The position numbers were made by a program, and so were the translations under genes. Below, piece after piece: positions 10,659-22,900 of a DNA stretch of 64,000 nucleotides (its first letter is position 1; each line of letters begins with the position of its first letter). The notes beneath the pieces were generated by a model. The model did no database searches. It was not told the DNA's origin and saw nothing but the letters and a program-made list of their open reading frames with translations. Source of the DNA: Microbulbifer sp. 2304DJ12-6 (GTDB lineage Bacteria; Pseudomonadota; Gammaproteobacteria; Pseudomonadales; Cellvibrionaceae); NCBI RefSeq assembly GCF_047289955.1, contig NZ_JBLBUB010000028.1, forward strand, positions 1,851 to 65,850. The letters are read 5' to 3'.

Positions 10659-11734
10659 GACTTGCCCTTGTTCAAAGGTACTACCTCCTGATCTTCCTGT
10701 AACCCTTCGTGTCCAACCATAACAAGCAAATCCCCCGGTTTGATTTCAGATTGGACAACGAAATGGGTTGCCAAGGTATCGAGTATTCGCACTGGGAGTT
10801 TATGCACTGTGTTATTCCCATCTACAGCCCAGACTTGATATGTACTGCCTTCCAGTTTGACGGCGTCTGAGGGTACCCGGGTAATACTCTCGGTTTTTTG
10901 GATACTCTCTAGCCGTTTCAGCATGGAAAGCCGGAATCGTTGCCCCACCAACAGGGCTTTGTATCTTTCACCATTGCCATCAAAATACAACGTCAGGTTT
11001 TGAGTGTCGGTATCCACTGTTCTACCGATATCCCGGAGTGGAATGAGCTCACCCCTGATCCGAAACTCAAAATTGTCCAGTGATGTTGCTTTCGGCGCGT
11101 GCTCTTGGGGAATCTTGCACTCCAGTTGTTTTTTTTCCAGTGGCAGCAGTTGCGCTATTCTCTGGCCTGCATTTAACCGCTCTCCAGGACTTGCATCTAC
11201 TTGCAACACTTGGCCGCTAAACGGGGCATAGTGTTTAAGATGTTCGAAGCGGTACTTGTTAGTTTGTAACTGTTGTTTCAATCGCTGCCTATTGAGCCGG
11301 TGCATATTGACGCTGAGCATAAGTTCATTCAACTGGGACTTGGAGACCAGCTCACTTTTCCTAAGGGTCTTGAGCCTGACAAGCTCTTCCTCAGCGTGCT
11401 TGAGCTGTGTTTCGGCGAGTTCGAGATCGGTGCGGATGACTGCCAGCTCACTGGCAAGGTAATACCCATCCTGCTCTGCCACCAATTCACCGGCCTTGAC
11501 GGTCGAGCCGGTCGGTAGCACATCGGTCAGTTCAGCTTGAGTATGACTGGAAATTTGGTGGACAAAGGGTGCATTGACCGAGCAATAGAGAGTTGTCTCT
11601 TCGATCTGTTGCCACTCCTGTGCCTTTTCAACTATGACGTGGACATTGACTGCCGCTTGCACAATCGAGCTGAGTGTCAACGTTATCAGCACATAACCGG
11701 CCATGATTGGCTTGACCAGTTCTTTTTTTAGCAT
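10655..11734 (-). CDS. RND efflux periplasmic adaptor subunit (membrane fusion protein, HlyD-like)
   Basis: 359 aa. N-terminal signal/anchor, a long coiled-coil segment (LELAETQLKHAEEELVRLKTLRKSELVSKSQLNELML), and beta-barrel/lipoyl-like flanks. Start overlaps the RND permease stop, giving an operon. Confidence 0.85.
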   Translation of the reverse strand: MLKKELVKPIMAGYVLITLTLSSIVQAAVNVHVIVEKAQEWQQIEETTLYCSVNAPFVHQISSHTQAELTDVLPTGSTVKAGELVAEQDGYYLASELAVIRTDLELAETQLKHAEEELVRLKTLRKSELVSKSQLNELMLSVNMHRLNRQRLKQQLQTNKYRFEHLKHYAPFSGQVLQVDASPGERLNAGQRIAQLLPLEKKQLECKIPQEHAPKATSLDNFEFRIRGELIPLRDIGRTVDTDTQNLTLYFDGNGERYKALLVGQRFRLSMLKRLESIQKTESITRVPSDAVKLEGSTYQVWAVDGNNTVHKLPVRILDTLATHFVVQSEIKPGDLLVMVGHEGLQEDQEVVPLNKGKS

Positions 11735-11939
11735 TTTTATCTCCTGCTTAGCTATTAGGTTAGTGGAACTGATGCCCTAAAGCGAAGCCACTTCGGAAAT
11801 TAGAAAATTCGCAGCGATGGCCTCTGTGTGATTGAGAAAAAAATGAGAGCTGCCGGTTCTCGCCCCGATCACAAAACGGTTTGGAGCGCTCATCCACCTC
11901 TGGAGAGTATCGTTAAAATTAACTAACTTTTGATATAAT

Positions 11940-13000
11940 ACTAACATCCAGGAAAAATCCAAGGTCATAGCGTAATGCAACCCAGCTTTTTTGATCTCGA
12001 AGACCGTCATCACAAGCTGAATGAACGCGATCCTCTCGTCGAGCTAAACAGATTGGTTCATTGAGGGGGACTTTCGTACTACTTAGAGCGAAAGTCGCAC
12101 AAAGTACTGTAAGAATAATGTTGGCAGAAAACCATTCGATGCGTTGATGATGTTTAAAGTTCTGTATAATTTGCCGGACGACGAGTTGGAGTTTCAAATC
12201 CGGGATCGTTATAGTTTCTGCTGTTTCCTCGAAGTAACTTCCGAGGGCAAGACACGGATGCAAAAACCATTTGGGTATTCCGGGGGCAATTGGTCGCTGC
12301 AGACTTGGGAGGCCTTGTTTCTAGACTTTGACCTGCAATTGGATGCCAGAGGATACAAGGCCAGGAAGGGGCAAACCGTTGATGTCAGCTGTGTTGAGGC
12401 TCCATGATAGCGTAATACACGTGAAGAAAATAAGGAGATCAAGGAAGGCAAGGTGCCGCAAGGGTTTCAGGATACCCCAAACGTTCTGCGATCAAAGGAT
12501 CTGGGTGTCCACTGGGCTAAGAAAAATAACGAAACGCACTACGGCTATCAGAATCACGCCTGCGTAGACAACCGGCACAAACTGATACGCGGCTATACAG
12601 TGACTACGGTTGCAGTCCACGACTCCAATGTATTCCATGAGTTGCTGATTGAGAACAGCTCTCAGAATGTTTGGGCAGATAGTGACTACTACAGCGAAAA
12701 CAGTGCAATCATTTTGAATGCCATGGGTTACTGAAACCATGGTTACAAGAAAATTTGTCGCCACAGGCCGCTGAGTGAACGGGAGAAGGGAGCAAACTGA
12801 AAAAAACCTAGGGTCCGGGCGCGTATTGAGCACGGCTTGGTTCTATGAAAAACGAACAAGGAGGTATGTTTTTGATAGTCATTGCATTTGTGAGAGTGAC
12901 CTTCAAAGTTGGTATGATGAACTTGGCGTACAATATACGGCGGTTTGTCAGCCTTCACTGGCTAAGAGTGTCCACATCATAAGGAATGTAGGGCAATAAA
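11940..13000 (+). mobile_element. Degraded IS5-family insertion sequence remnant; boundaries approximate
   Basis: Transposase fragments are split over at least four frames. 11975-12062 encodes MQPSFFDLEDRHHKLNERDPLVELNRLVH then a stop. 12144-12407 encodes MFKVLYNLPDDELEFQIRDRYSFCCFLE. 12453-12734 encodes HYGYQNHACVDNRHKLIRGYTVTTVAVHDSNV...DSDYYS (DDE region). Around 12810-12960 encodes RARIEHGLV.MKNEQGGMFLIVIAFVRVTFKVGMMNLAYNIRRFVSLH (C-terminus). All are characteristic of IS5-family transposases. Confidence 0.6.
11975..12960 (+). pseudogene. IS5-family DDE transposase, multiply frameshifted or stop-interrupted
   Basis: See the mobile element entry. Conserved N-terminal, DDE and C-terminal blocks are all present but in different frames with premature stops. 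Confidence 0.6.
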
Positions 13001-13950
13001 ACCTGTGTGAACGAAATTTATTTGGATTTCAGGAAAACTTTAATTTTTTGACCGTGATGAACTGCAGATGCTGTAAGTGGGGGGGCAGGTACCGCAACAG
13101 CCTTGTGAGGCCGTGGGCGCAATAGGGGCGAGCGCCTCCACTGCAGGTATCCGTGCAGGCTCGCCTCCTGGGTAGTCTGTGTTTTCGGGATACAACGCAT
13201 GGCCTGTTGCTCGACCTGCGTCAGCATACCGATAATCCCCTCACCACCACACTGGATCACTGCGGCGGAGCTGATCAGACTCAGAAATTTCTCTGGTGGT
13301 CTTTGACAGGATCAAGGTGTCCCGTGTGAGATCCGATACGGATCGGCATAATTGCTTATTCTTTTTTTTGCGGTCGCTTGCGTCCGCTGTATGGCTCGGT
13401 GCTTATTTCGCTGTATTGTTATCGCCAGTGCTGGAGTGCCTGCTCCGTTCTCTGCCTCTGTGGTATCGCATCCACGCACAGCATTTTCTGACTGCGCAGC
13501 ACTTCAGCATCCCTTCCCAGGCTGGCCCTTTACAGAAGCAATACAAACAATGCTGCAAACTGTTGCGGCTTCTTAGGAGTAACAATATTTATACTCTGTT
13601 ATGCGAGGGATCATAAAATTTGGCGCTTATTTCATTTCCTTGATATCTGTATAGCAAGTAAAATGAAAAAAATCTGATAAGTTTGCGTTTGCTGAATTGA
13701 AATATCTGATTGCCAGGGGTTCTGCTGTTTCGGTAATTGAAGGGCCTGTAAAGCGTACGCTTGTACCACTTCACTTTTCCTGTTGCGGGAATTTCCGGGT
13801 ATTCAATTCATAAAGCCAAAAATTCTAGAGATGGTTCCCAAATGGTGATTTGGGAAGCTCAAAATTACAGCGCGGTTCACTCCAAACAGGCTGATTTTAA
13901 CCACCCTGCTGGATTGGGTACGTAAAAAATAACAGCTTGAAAGCTTTGGA

Positions 13951-16900
13951 GTGGGTAAGGTGTTTGTAGTACGATCTATTGTGATATTGGCCCTTGGGCT
14001 GATATCTGGCACAGTGTTGGCTGATGTAAGCGGACCTGCCAGTAACACCACCGGCCAGTTTACAATCCATTACTCTGTAAATCCTTCCGCCACCCCGGTT
14101 GCTGCTGAACTCCGGCTTTTTCGCAATGGCAGTTTAAAGTCAACCCATACCGCGAGCACAAGAGGGGGCAGTTTTACTTTTTCAGTTTCCAATTCCGCCA
14201 GTTACAAAGTGGAATTTTACTACAAGAATTGGTACGACCCGTGCCCAACCTGCCTGCTTTCTTCTATTCCTGGGAGTGACAATAAAATTGGTGCAAATGT
14301 ACCACTGGCTCCGCAGAGGCTGAACCCAGAACCGCAGGGCACATTCAATAATCCGGGAGGTTCCTGGATATTGAGTGGTCGCCATACGGTCAAGGTCAGT
14401 ATCCCAAAGCCCGGCGGGATCACGCTTGCTGCCAACAATAAAACCGGTGCATTTACTATCGGTTGGGGCGCTGCCCCTGGAAATCCGGGTAAGTACCAAC
14501 TGAGAGAGCGAAAAAACGCAGGGAGTTGGGCTACGGTTTATAGTGGTTCCGGCAGACAAACCTCGGTTTCCGGCCGCCTTTCCGGCGTGTACGAATATCA
14601 AGTCAGAGCCTGTTATGTGGCTTGTAGTGGTTATACGGCAAGCAAGGCGATCACCGTTGTCAGAACCCCAGGCGCCATTAACCTGCCCGGGTCTTCAACC
14701 AGCGGCAGCTTCACAGTTTCCTGGAATGCCGTATCCGGGCGCGACAGCTATATATTGCGGGAGCAGAGAAACGGTGGCAGTTGGTCTACGGTTTACACCG
14801 GCTCCTCAACCAGTAAGACCCTGTCTGGACGCTCAACCGGCACCTATCGGTATCGGGTTGCTGCGGTTAAAAACGGTGTAACCGGGAATTATAAAACCTC
14901 CGATAACCTGATTGTTTCCAAGGCACCCGGGGTCCCTGGCGGTTTCACTGTACCCTCGTCATCCGCAGATGGCATTTATGCGATTCGCTGGAATGCCGTT
15001 AGCGGAGATGGCGATATAACCTACCGAGTCGAGGAAACCGGTGAAACTTCCGCAAGCTGGACTCAAAGTGGGACATCCAGGTCATATACCAAAACGAAAA
15101 GCGGAACCTATTCCTACAGGGTCCGCGCATGCAGTACTTATTCGGGGGTACGGTCCTGTGGAAACTTTACTGGCTTCAAGCAGGTAAATACGGATTTTCC
15201 TGATTTCTTTATACAATCTCACCAGGGCGCAAAGGTGACACTGGTGTGGGATGCCGAATGGGCGGGAGGACAATATCTCGTGCTGTCCCGCAACAGCGAG
15301 CAATTGTTTCGGGCCGCCGGAGTGGAAAACGGCGTTTATATCGATACAGTGCCTGCCAGTGGTACCTATCACTATCGCCTGGAAAGTTATCGATGCCCCA
15401 GTAGTGAATGTATCGATTTAGGGCGTGCAAGCGATTCAATTACTATCGTGCTGGCACCGGGCAAGCCGACAGTCTCTGCTCAGCACACCGTTTCCTATGA
15501 TGGCAATACTGTTATTACCTCCAACAGCTCCGGGCCCATCAACACGGTGCGCTGGCAAAAACGCCAGAGTGGTAGCTGGCCAGGGGAGGGTAATTACTCC
15601 ACCGCGGCAAGCCATTCTTTCGAAGTAACCGGGCTGGGGGATGGAACATGGGAATTTCGCACCAAGAACTGTAACAGTGCCGGCTGTAGCAGCAGCTGGA
15701 GCAATCCGGTATCCCTTGAGGTGTGGAATCAGGTTATACCCACCAAACCGGCGATAGAGTCACTGCCCAACGATGATGACGGCGTTATTTCCCTGCGGTG
15801 GACGGATTTAAAAAACCAAGACGTCTATCAATACGAAATCTATCAGAACGGGCAATTAGCAAAAACCCTGGCCAGTGACCCGCAAACACCCAATGCGCCG
15901 CATACTTACACCCTTCCCAAGCGCAGTGATGGTAACTATACCTATACGGTCAAAGCTTTCAATTTACGTTGCTCACGTGAGAACAACTGCCCTACCAGCA
16001 GTGCCGTCAGTGTGATTGTTGCCGAGCGTCCAAGCCCTCCGGGAGAAGTCAAGCCATCGGCCACTTTTACCCGTACCGGTTTCATCAATCTCAACTGGGG
16101 GGCTGCCGGCGGCAATGTAAAATACTACGAAGTGATCCCCGGTAGCGCAAATGCATCTGATGGTCCCATCACCTGGCATGAAGGCGACAAGCGTGCCCAT
16201 ACGGATTTACAGAGCTTATCCCGGGACTATACCCTTAACGATGGTTTCCATGCCTTCAAAGTACGCGCCTGTAATCAGGTTTCCGCCTATGCCCCCTGTT
16301 CCGGAGACACCGTCTCCGACATTGTGGAGGTCGCAATATCCGAGCCGCCGGTGGCTATTGAAGTACCGCCACACAGGGAGACCGCACTGCCCAATACCGC
16401 TACTGGGGTATTGGCATCGGATCGGGTAGGCATCGTTGGCGGTGAGTTCCGGGTCACCGAATCCGGAGCGGCCAACTACACCGTTCCCATAATAACCGGC
16501 CCCGCCTCCGGCGGCGCCGTACCCTCGGTAGCACTGTCTTACAACAGTGAAAGGGGCAATGGCCTTCTGGGTATGGGGTGGAGCATCAGTGGTCTCTCCG
16601 CAATCACTGCCTGTCGCCGCACGCAGGAAGAGGACAATGTCAACGGCAGTGCCTTTGATCGGTATTGCCTGGATGGTCATCGCCTCAAACTGATCAGCGG
16701 TACTTTGGGTAGCGTAGGCTCGCTGTATCGACCCTCGCTGGATTCCTTTATACGTGTGAAACTGGTTTCCACCAATGTGGGCACTGGCAAAGGCTTCGAG
16801 GTTTATCGCAAGGATGGTTCCATCTCCTACTACGGCTTGAGCGAAGACGCCTATACCGCCAATGTCTGGCATTTGAATCGGCAAGAGGACAGCGCGGGTA

Positions 16901-19900
16901 ACTATATTCAATATCGTTACCTGAAGGATGCGGATACTGGCGAACATGTGATTGACACTATTTATTATGCAGCCAATGCCAGTGATGCCCCACTCAACGA
17001 GATCCGGTTTGTTTATGACAGCAGCCGCAGTGACAAACTTTATGGCTATGCTTTTGGCGAAAGTAAATCCCTGACACGCCGTCTCACCTCCGTCACTTCT
17101 AAAGCCAATGGCACCGAGCTGCGCCGTTATGTACCCACCTATGAGACCGGTGCCACTGGCCGCCTGCGCATGGCGGCCATCGAGGAATGTGTTGGTGACA
17201 ATTGTCGGCCATCGACCAGTTTTAAGTACACCGAGCTGACCGCAATGGGAGTTGGCGACGATGCACCCAATACGAGTTTGCTCTCCCGTAACTTTATAGG
17301 CGGTAAGGCTGGTGATATCAACGGTGACGGCATACAGGACCTGGTATGGATTAAATTATCGCCGGGAGATCCATGGACCAATGATGATGACCGCTATTAT
17401 TTTCGTATTGCCCTGGGTGATGGCAATGGGGGCCTGAACCCACAGAATACGCAGATCCGCGCGCGCTCCAATGTCCACAAAGAATGGCATCTGGTGGACT
17501 ACAACGATGATGGCAAAAGTGATCTGCTACACGTACCGGCAGGCAGTGGTAGCGCCTGGAAAGTGAATCTATCACTGGGTAGTGCCTTCTCCGGCACCGA
17601 ACTCACCACCGCAATTCCCTATGAGCCCGATCAAAAAGGCAATATGTATGATTTTAATGGGGATGGACTGCCGGATTATTTAAAAATTCAGGCCGATGAC
17701 GGGATGTACGGTGATGAAGCAGAAGTGGCCGCCGTTGTCCGGCTCACGGAGCGGAAACCGGGTGGAGGTCTCCAGTTTGCCTCTGCAGAGACGACCCGGG
17801 AAATACTGAACCTGCCTGAGATTCCCTATCCCCCCGGTTATGACCGGCAGAGAGTTGCCATCTCAATTAGGGACAATGATATTGTCTCTGATTTGAACAA
17901 TGACGGCATTGCGGATTTCAGTGCAATTGTAACCACCAAATGGATATGTGATCCCCCCCACTTTGAATGCCCAAACAATACGCCGGTTTTGATCTGGAAC
18001 CATTTCGCCATTCTTATCTCATCCGGAACAGGCAGCCACAGTGTCATCTTCCAGCAGCAAGAGCACTGGCAGGCTTTTAAATCAGAACAGCGTTTTGCAG
18101 ATATTAACGGGGATGGCCTGGTAGATATGCTGTATCGCTCAGATGATGAATCCCAATGGGCTTTATATCATTTTACGGGTGATAATTTTGTTCGTGCCGG
18201 AACGCTGGCCTCCCAGGTCGATGAAGACCCTCTACTCTATGACTGGAATGACGATGGCCTTACAGATATCCTGTATCCAAAAGATGTCAGCGGCAGCTTT
18301 GGCACCCTGCATGTTCTTCTCAACACGCCCACCGGTTTTGGTACTTCCTTGAATACCGGCTTTGCCTGGGGTGTGCACGAGACCGACATCTTTCATTACA
18401 CCTTGGACCTGGATGGGGATGGCCGTGGGGAAATTCTGGAAATCTGCTCGGAACTTGAGGACGTTACCTCGGGTAATCCCTGCGACAACCGGGTGCCGTT
18501 TGCAGAGAAGTACCTGCGCATTCTCAAGCCCAAGCACAAAAACAAGCCAATAGATGTATTGAGCCGTATTACCGATGGTTTCGGGGTGAAAACCGAGATC
18601 CGGTATGCCCGCCTGAATGACGCTTCCAGCAATGTTTACACCCGCACCACGGGCGCTTCCGGGTTGGAATACGGTAATGGTTCGCCGGTATTCGATCTCT
18701 ACTCCCCCATGTATGTGGTACAGAAGGCTACCTCGGATGCTCCGGCAGCCAACAATGACGCCAACACGGTAGAAGTGCACTATCACTACGCCAAGGGTCG
18801 CATGCAGGGCGGGGGCCGCGGCTTTTTGGGCTTCGAGCAGGTCACCAGTTACGATCCGCAGAACCAGGTCAAGACCACCACTTACTACCGCCAGGACTAC
18901 CCTTATATCGGCATGCCAGAGGAAACGGCCAAGGTCATCGAACCGAGCCTGGGCAATATTGCCGTTCCTGCTGCCTGTAGCGATACCAGCCAAATTTTGA
19001 TCAGTTGCTCAGTGAACGAACTGGATGCGTTTGCGCCAACCGGTAAAACGGTTTTCCCCTATATTAGTAAGGCCATCGATAAATTGTACGAGCTTGATGG
19101 CACTTACCTCGGCAATAAAGCCACCCAGACCATTTACGACCGTGCCAAAACGGCCGACCTGCTGTATGGCAATGTCTCCGAGGTGATCGTTGAAAACTTC
19201 GATGCAGCAGGCAACCGCTTGCAAAACCAGACCACCAAGAACAACTATAACAATGTGGTGGACAGCAACCGTTGGCACACGGGGCGCTTAATCAAAAGCA
19301 CGGTCACCACCGAGCGATTCGGCAGGCTGGCAGCGCCCGCCATTACCCGCCAGGCAGACTTCGGCTACGATCCGATCACCGGATTGCTCACCGATGAATG
19401 GGTAGCAAAGGGCACCGGGCTCGAACTGCATACCCAATATCAACACGACCGTTTCGGCAATCGAACCTCTGTCAAAGTCACGGATGCCGTTGGCAACAGC
19501 CGCATGACCCGGACGCTTTACGATGGCTATGGCCGCTACGCGACCACCCGGATCAACGCCCTGAACCAGACCACCGCACAGCTACAGGACTTCAATGCCT
19601 TCGGTGCAGCAGGGAAAGCACTGGATATCAGTGGCGTGGCCACCAGCCGCGCTTATTCACAATATGGCGATGCCTATTTTGAATATGTTGAAACCGGCAG
19701 CCACAGCACCACCCTGAAAACACTGTGCAGTGCGACCGTGACTTGTCCCACGGTGGCCGGTGTTCCTGCCCATTACAAATCTACCACGACCGGTATCGAC
19801 CAGACCCGGGTTATCACCTATCACGACCGCCTGGGGCGGGAGGTTCGCAAACAGACACAGGGCTTCAACGGCAACCCGATCTATGTGGATACCCAATACG

Positions 19901-22900
19901 ATGCGCAGTCGCGGGTCAAGGCGGTGTCGGAACCCCACACCGGCAGCAATCCGCGCTGGTCTTTCTACCACTATGATTTACTCGGCCGTACCACCCTGGT
20001 GGATGCACCGGACGGCCAGTGCGATGTTGCCACGGTTTACAATGAGCTTTCGATCACAGTGACCAATTGTGGCCAGAGTAAAACCACGCAAAACAATCTC
20101 CTCGGTGAGGCGGTTGAAATCACGGACGCTATCGGTGGCAAGCTGCAATACAGCTACTACGCTGACGGCAAGCTGAAAAACGTCAAGGTACTCGACAGCA
20201 GCGGCCTGCAGACGGCACTCACCAGTATCGAATACGACCAGTTGGGCCGCAAAGACAAAATGATCGACCCGGACAAGGGTACCTGGACCTACGGCTACAC
20301 CGGTTTTGGCGAACTGCACTGGCAGAGGGATGCCAAGGCTCAGGGTACCGCCATGACCTACGACGCCCTGGGGCGTATGATCACCCGTGCGGATTACAAA
20401 AACTTCGACTCGCTCAGCCAAAACGGTGACCTGCAGCAGTTCGCCCGCTGGTACTACGATCAAGACCCGGGCTGCGATTCCCTCTACCGGTTCGATGGCA
20501 AACTGGTGGCCGTCGCCCAGGCGCCGGTGGCCATTCAAGGTGGCTGCAGCCCCAACCTGGAAGATCTCGGTCACCTCAAGTTACTGCATTACGACCAGTA
20601 CGGTCGCCTGGGGGAAACCACCACTTCCCTGGGGTTGATCGGCGGTGACGGTGACTTCTTCGAAAAAGTCACCTACGACAAGTACAGCCGTGCTGTAAAA
20701 AACTTCGACGCCAGCAACCAGCAGGTGGGCCAACAGGGCGACTACCTCTATGGTGTGGAGACCGTTTACAACGCCTATGGCTACAAACAGGGCGTGCGCG
20801 ACTTGCGGGCCCCGGTCGGAAGCGGTTTTTATTACACTGTGGAAGCTATGACCACCCATGGCCAGGTGAGGGAGGTCAGGCTGGGTAACGGTCTCACCAC
20901 AACCTATCAGTACGATCCCCGGAGCCATCGTCTTACCGATATTCTCACCGATATTGCCCCCGGCATCGGTCAGATACAGAACCTGCACTATGATTGGTAC
21001 ACCATTGGCAACCTGATGTCGAAAACCGATCAGAGCGGCGATGGCAGCTACCAAAAAAGTCTGGAAGAAGTCTATCAGTACGACGATCTCAACCGCCTGC
21101 GCTACGCCTACCTCTATAACAGCGGAAGCCAGGCAGATGTACAGGAGGTCCGGTACGATAGCGGCGGTAACATCACCTTCAAGACCGGTGTGGGCAACTA
21201 CAGCTACAACGGCCCACAGCCCCACGCCGTCACCGGCACCAGCATCGGCAGCATCAGTTACCAGTACGACAACAATGGCAACCTGGTGGGTGACGGCAGC
21301 GGTCGCATCCTGCAATACAGCGTTTTCGACAAGCCCACCCTGATTGAAAAGGGCAGCCACAGTACCCGCCTTCTCTACGGCCCGGACCGCAACCGCTACA
21401 AGCGGGTGGATGACAACGGCAATGGCAGCGTCACCACCTTACAGCTCGGCGGTGTTGAAAAAGTCATTGAGCGGACCCGAAATGGCAGCTTTGTCAAAGC
21501 CTATTACCGCAGAAGCCTTGCCGGAGTGGCAATGGAAACTGTGGATCTGGATCAATCGGATCAGGTTACCGGCAGAGAGACCCGCTACCTGCTCAAGGAC
21601 CTGCAAGGCAGCCTGGATGTGATTACCACCGAAGCCGGCCAGGTGGCAAAAGACCACTTGGGCAATAAGCTGGTCTATAGTTTTGACCCCTGGGGCAAGC
21701 GCAGGGCCCCGTTCTCCTGGGAACAGCTCGGCACACCGGAAAATATCATCGCCACACTTGGGGTGGGCAGCTTCAATCACCTCACCAGTAACCGGGGCTA
21801 TACCGGCCACGAAATGCTCGACGCCGTGGGCCTGATACACATGAATGGTCGGGTTTACGACCCAACACTCTCAAGGTTTGTCTCCGCCGATCCCGTGATT
21901 GATGATGTGGCCAGTGTGCAGGGCTACAACCGCTACGCCTACGTGCACAATAACCCCCTCAGTTACACCGACCCCAGCGGCTACAGCAAGTGGACGCGTT
22001 TTCGGGACCGCTGGCTGAATGGCCGGGCCATACACTATAAGCTGTCACAGAACCCTACACTGAACGCTGTAGTCCAGGTGGGCGTTTGTATAATGGCACA
22101 GGCCGCCTGCCCGGCGGTATTGGCTGGTTACAATGCCGTGCAGACCTACCAGGTTACCGGTAGCTGGGCGTTAGCTTTCAAAAACGGGGTCCTCGGGGGC
22201 ATCTCCGCGGGCGCATTCGCGGGTATGCCGGGCGGCTGGAGTCCAACCGCATTTGCGTTGCGGGGCACGTTTGGCGGTGTACTGTCTGTGATTGGAGGCG
22301 GGAAGTTCGGGCACGGATTTGTATCGGCCGGTGTCGGCGGCGGGTTTGGCAAAGATACCCAACTGGCGACAAGGATGCTGGTGTCGGGGTCTATATCGAA
22401 GGCAACCGGGGGCAAATTTGCCAATGGGGCAGCGACCGCGGCCTTTGCAATGGCAATGGGTTCGATAGCTCGATCAGGAACACCGCCCACCGAAAAACCC
22501 AATATTACTGGGAGCGATAAAGTGGCGTTTGTGGGCGGTGCAGGGGATGGGAGCGGGTTGAGCGACCCTGTTGTCCAGGATAAGTACAAAGCATACATTG
22601 AAGAATATGGCGAAGAGAGTGCTAAGTATTTTGAATGGACTGACTCCGATGCTCTTTCAACCTATATTTCAGATCACAAAGGCAGGGTTACAGTTGTAGC
22701 TCATAGCTATGGTGCTGATACAGCTTCGCATATAGTTGCGGGTGGTTCACAAGTATACAAGTTGGTTACCGTTGATCCAGTTGGGTGGACTAGGCCCAGT
22801 ATGCAGGCGATAGCAAACAATGCAGTGATTTGGAATAACTATGATTCAACTGGCGGTATGTGGTCACACCAGAGTAATTTCATAGCCACCGTTGGTGGTG

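Noticed and set aside
14182-21840. Large antisense ORFs within the 3013-aa Rhs gene (e.g. 16216-16947, 18232-18993, 19978-20574, 20581-21360)
   Set aside because: They are fully embedded antisense to a gene with strong domain-level coherence. Their high GC gives long spurious open frames.
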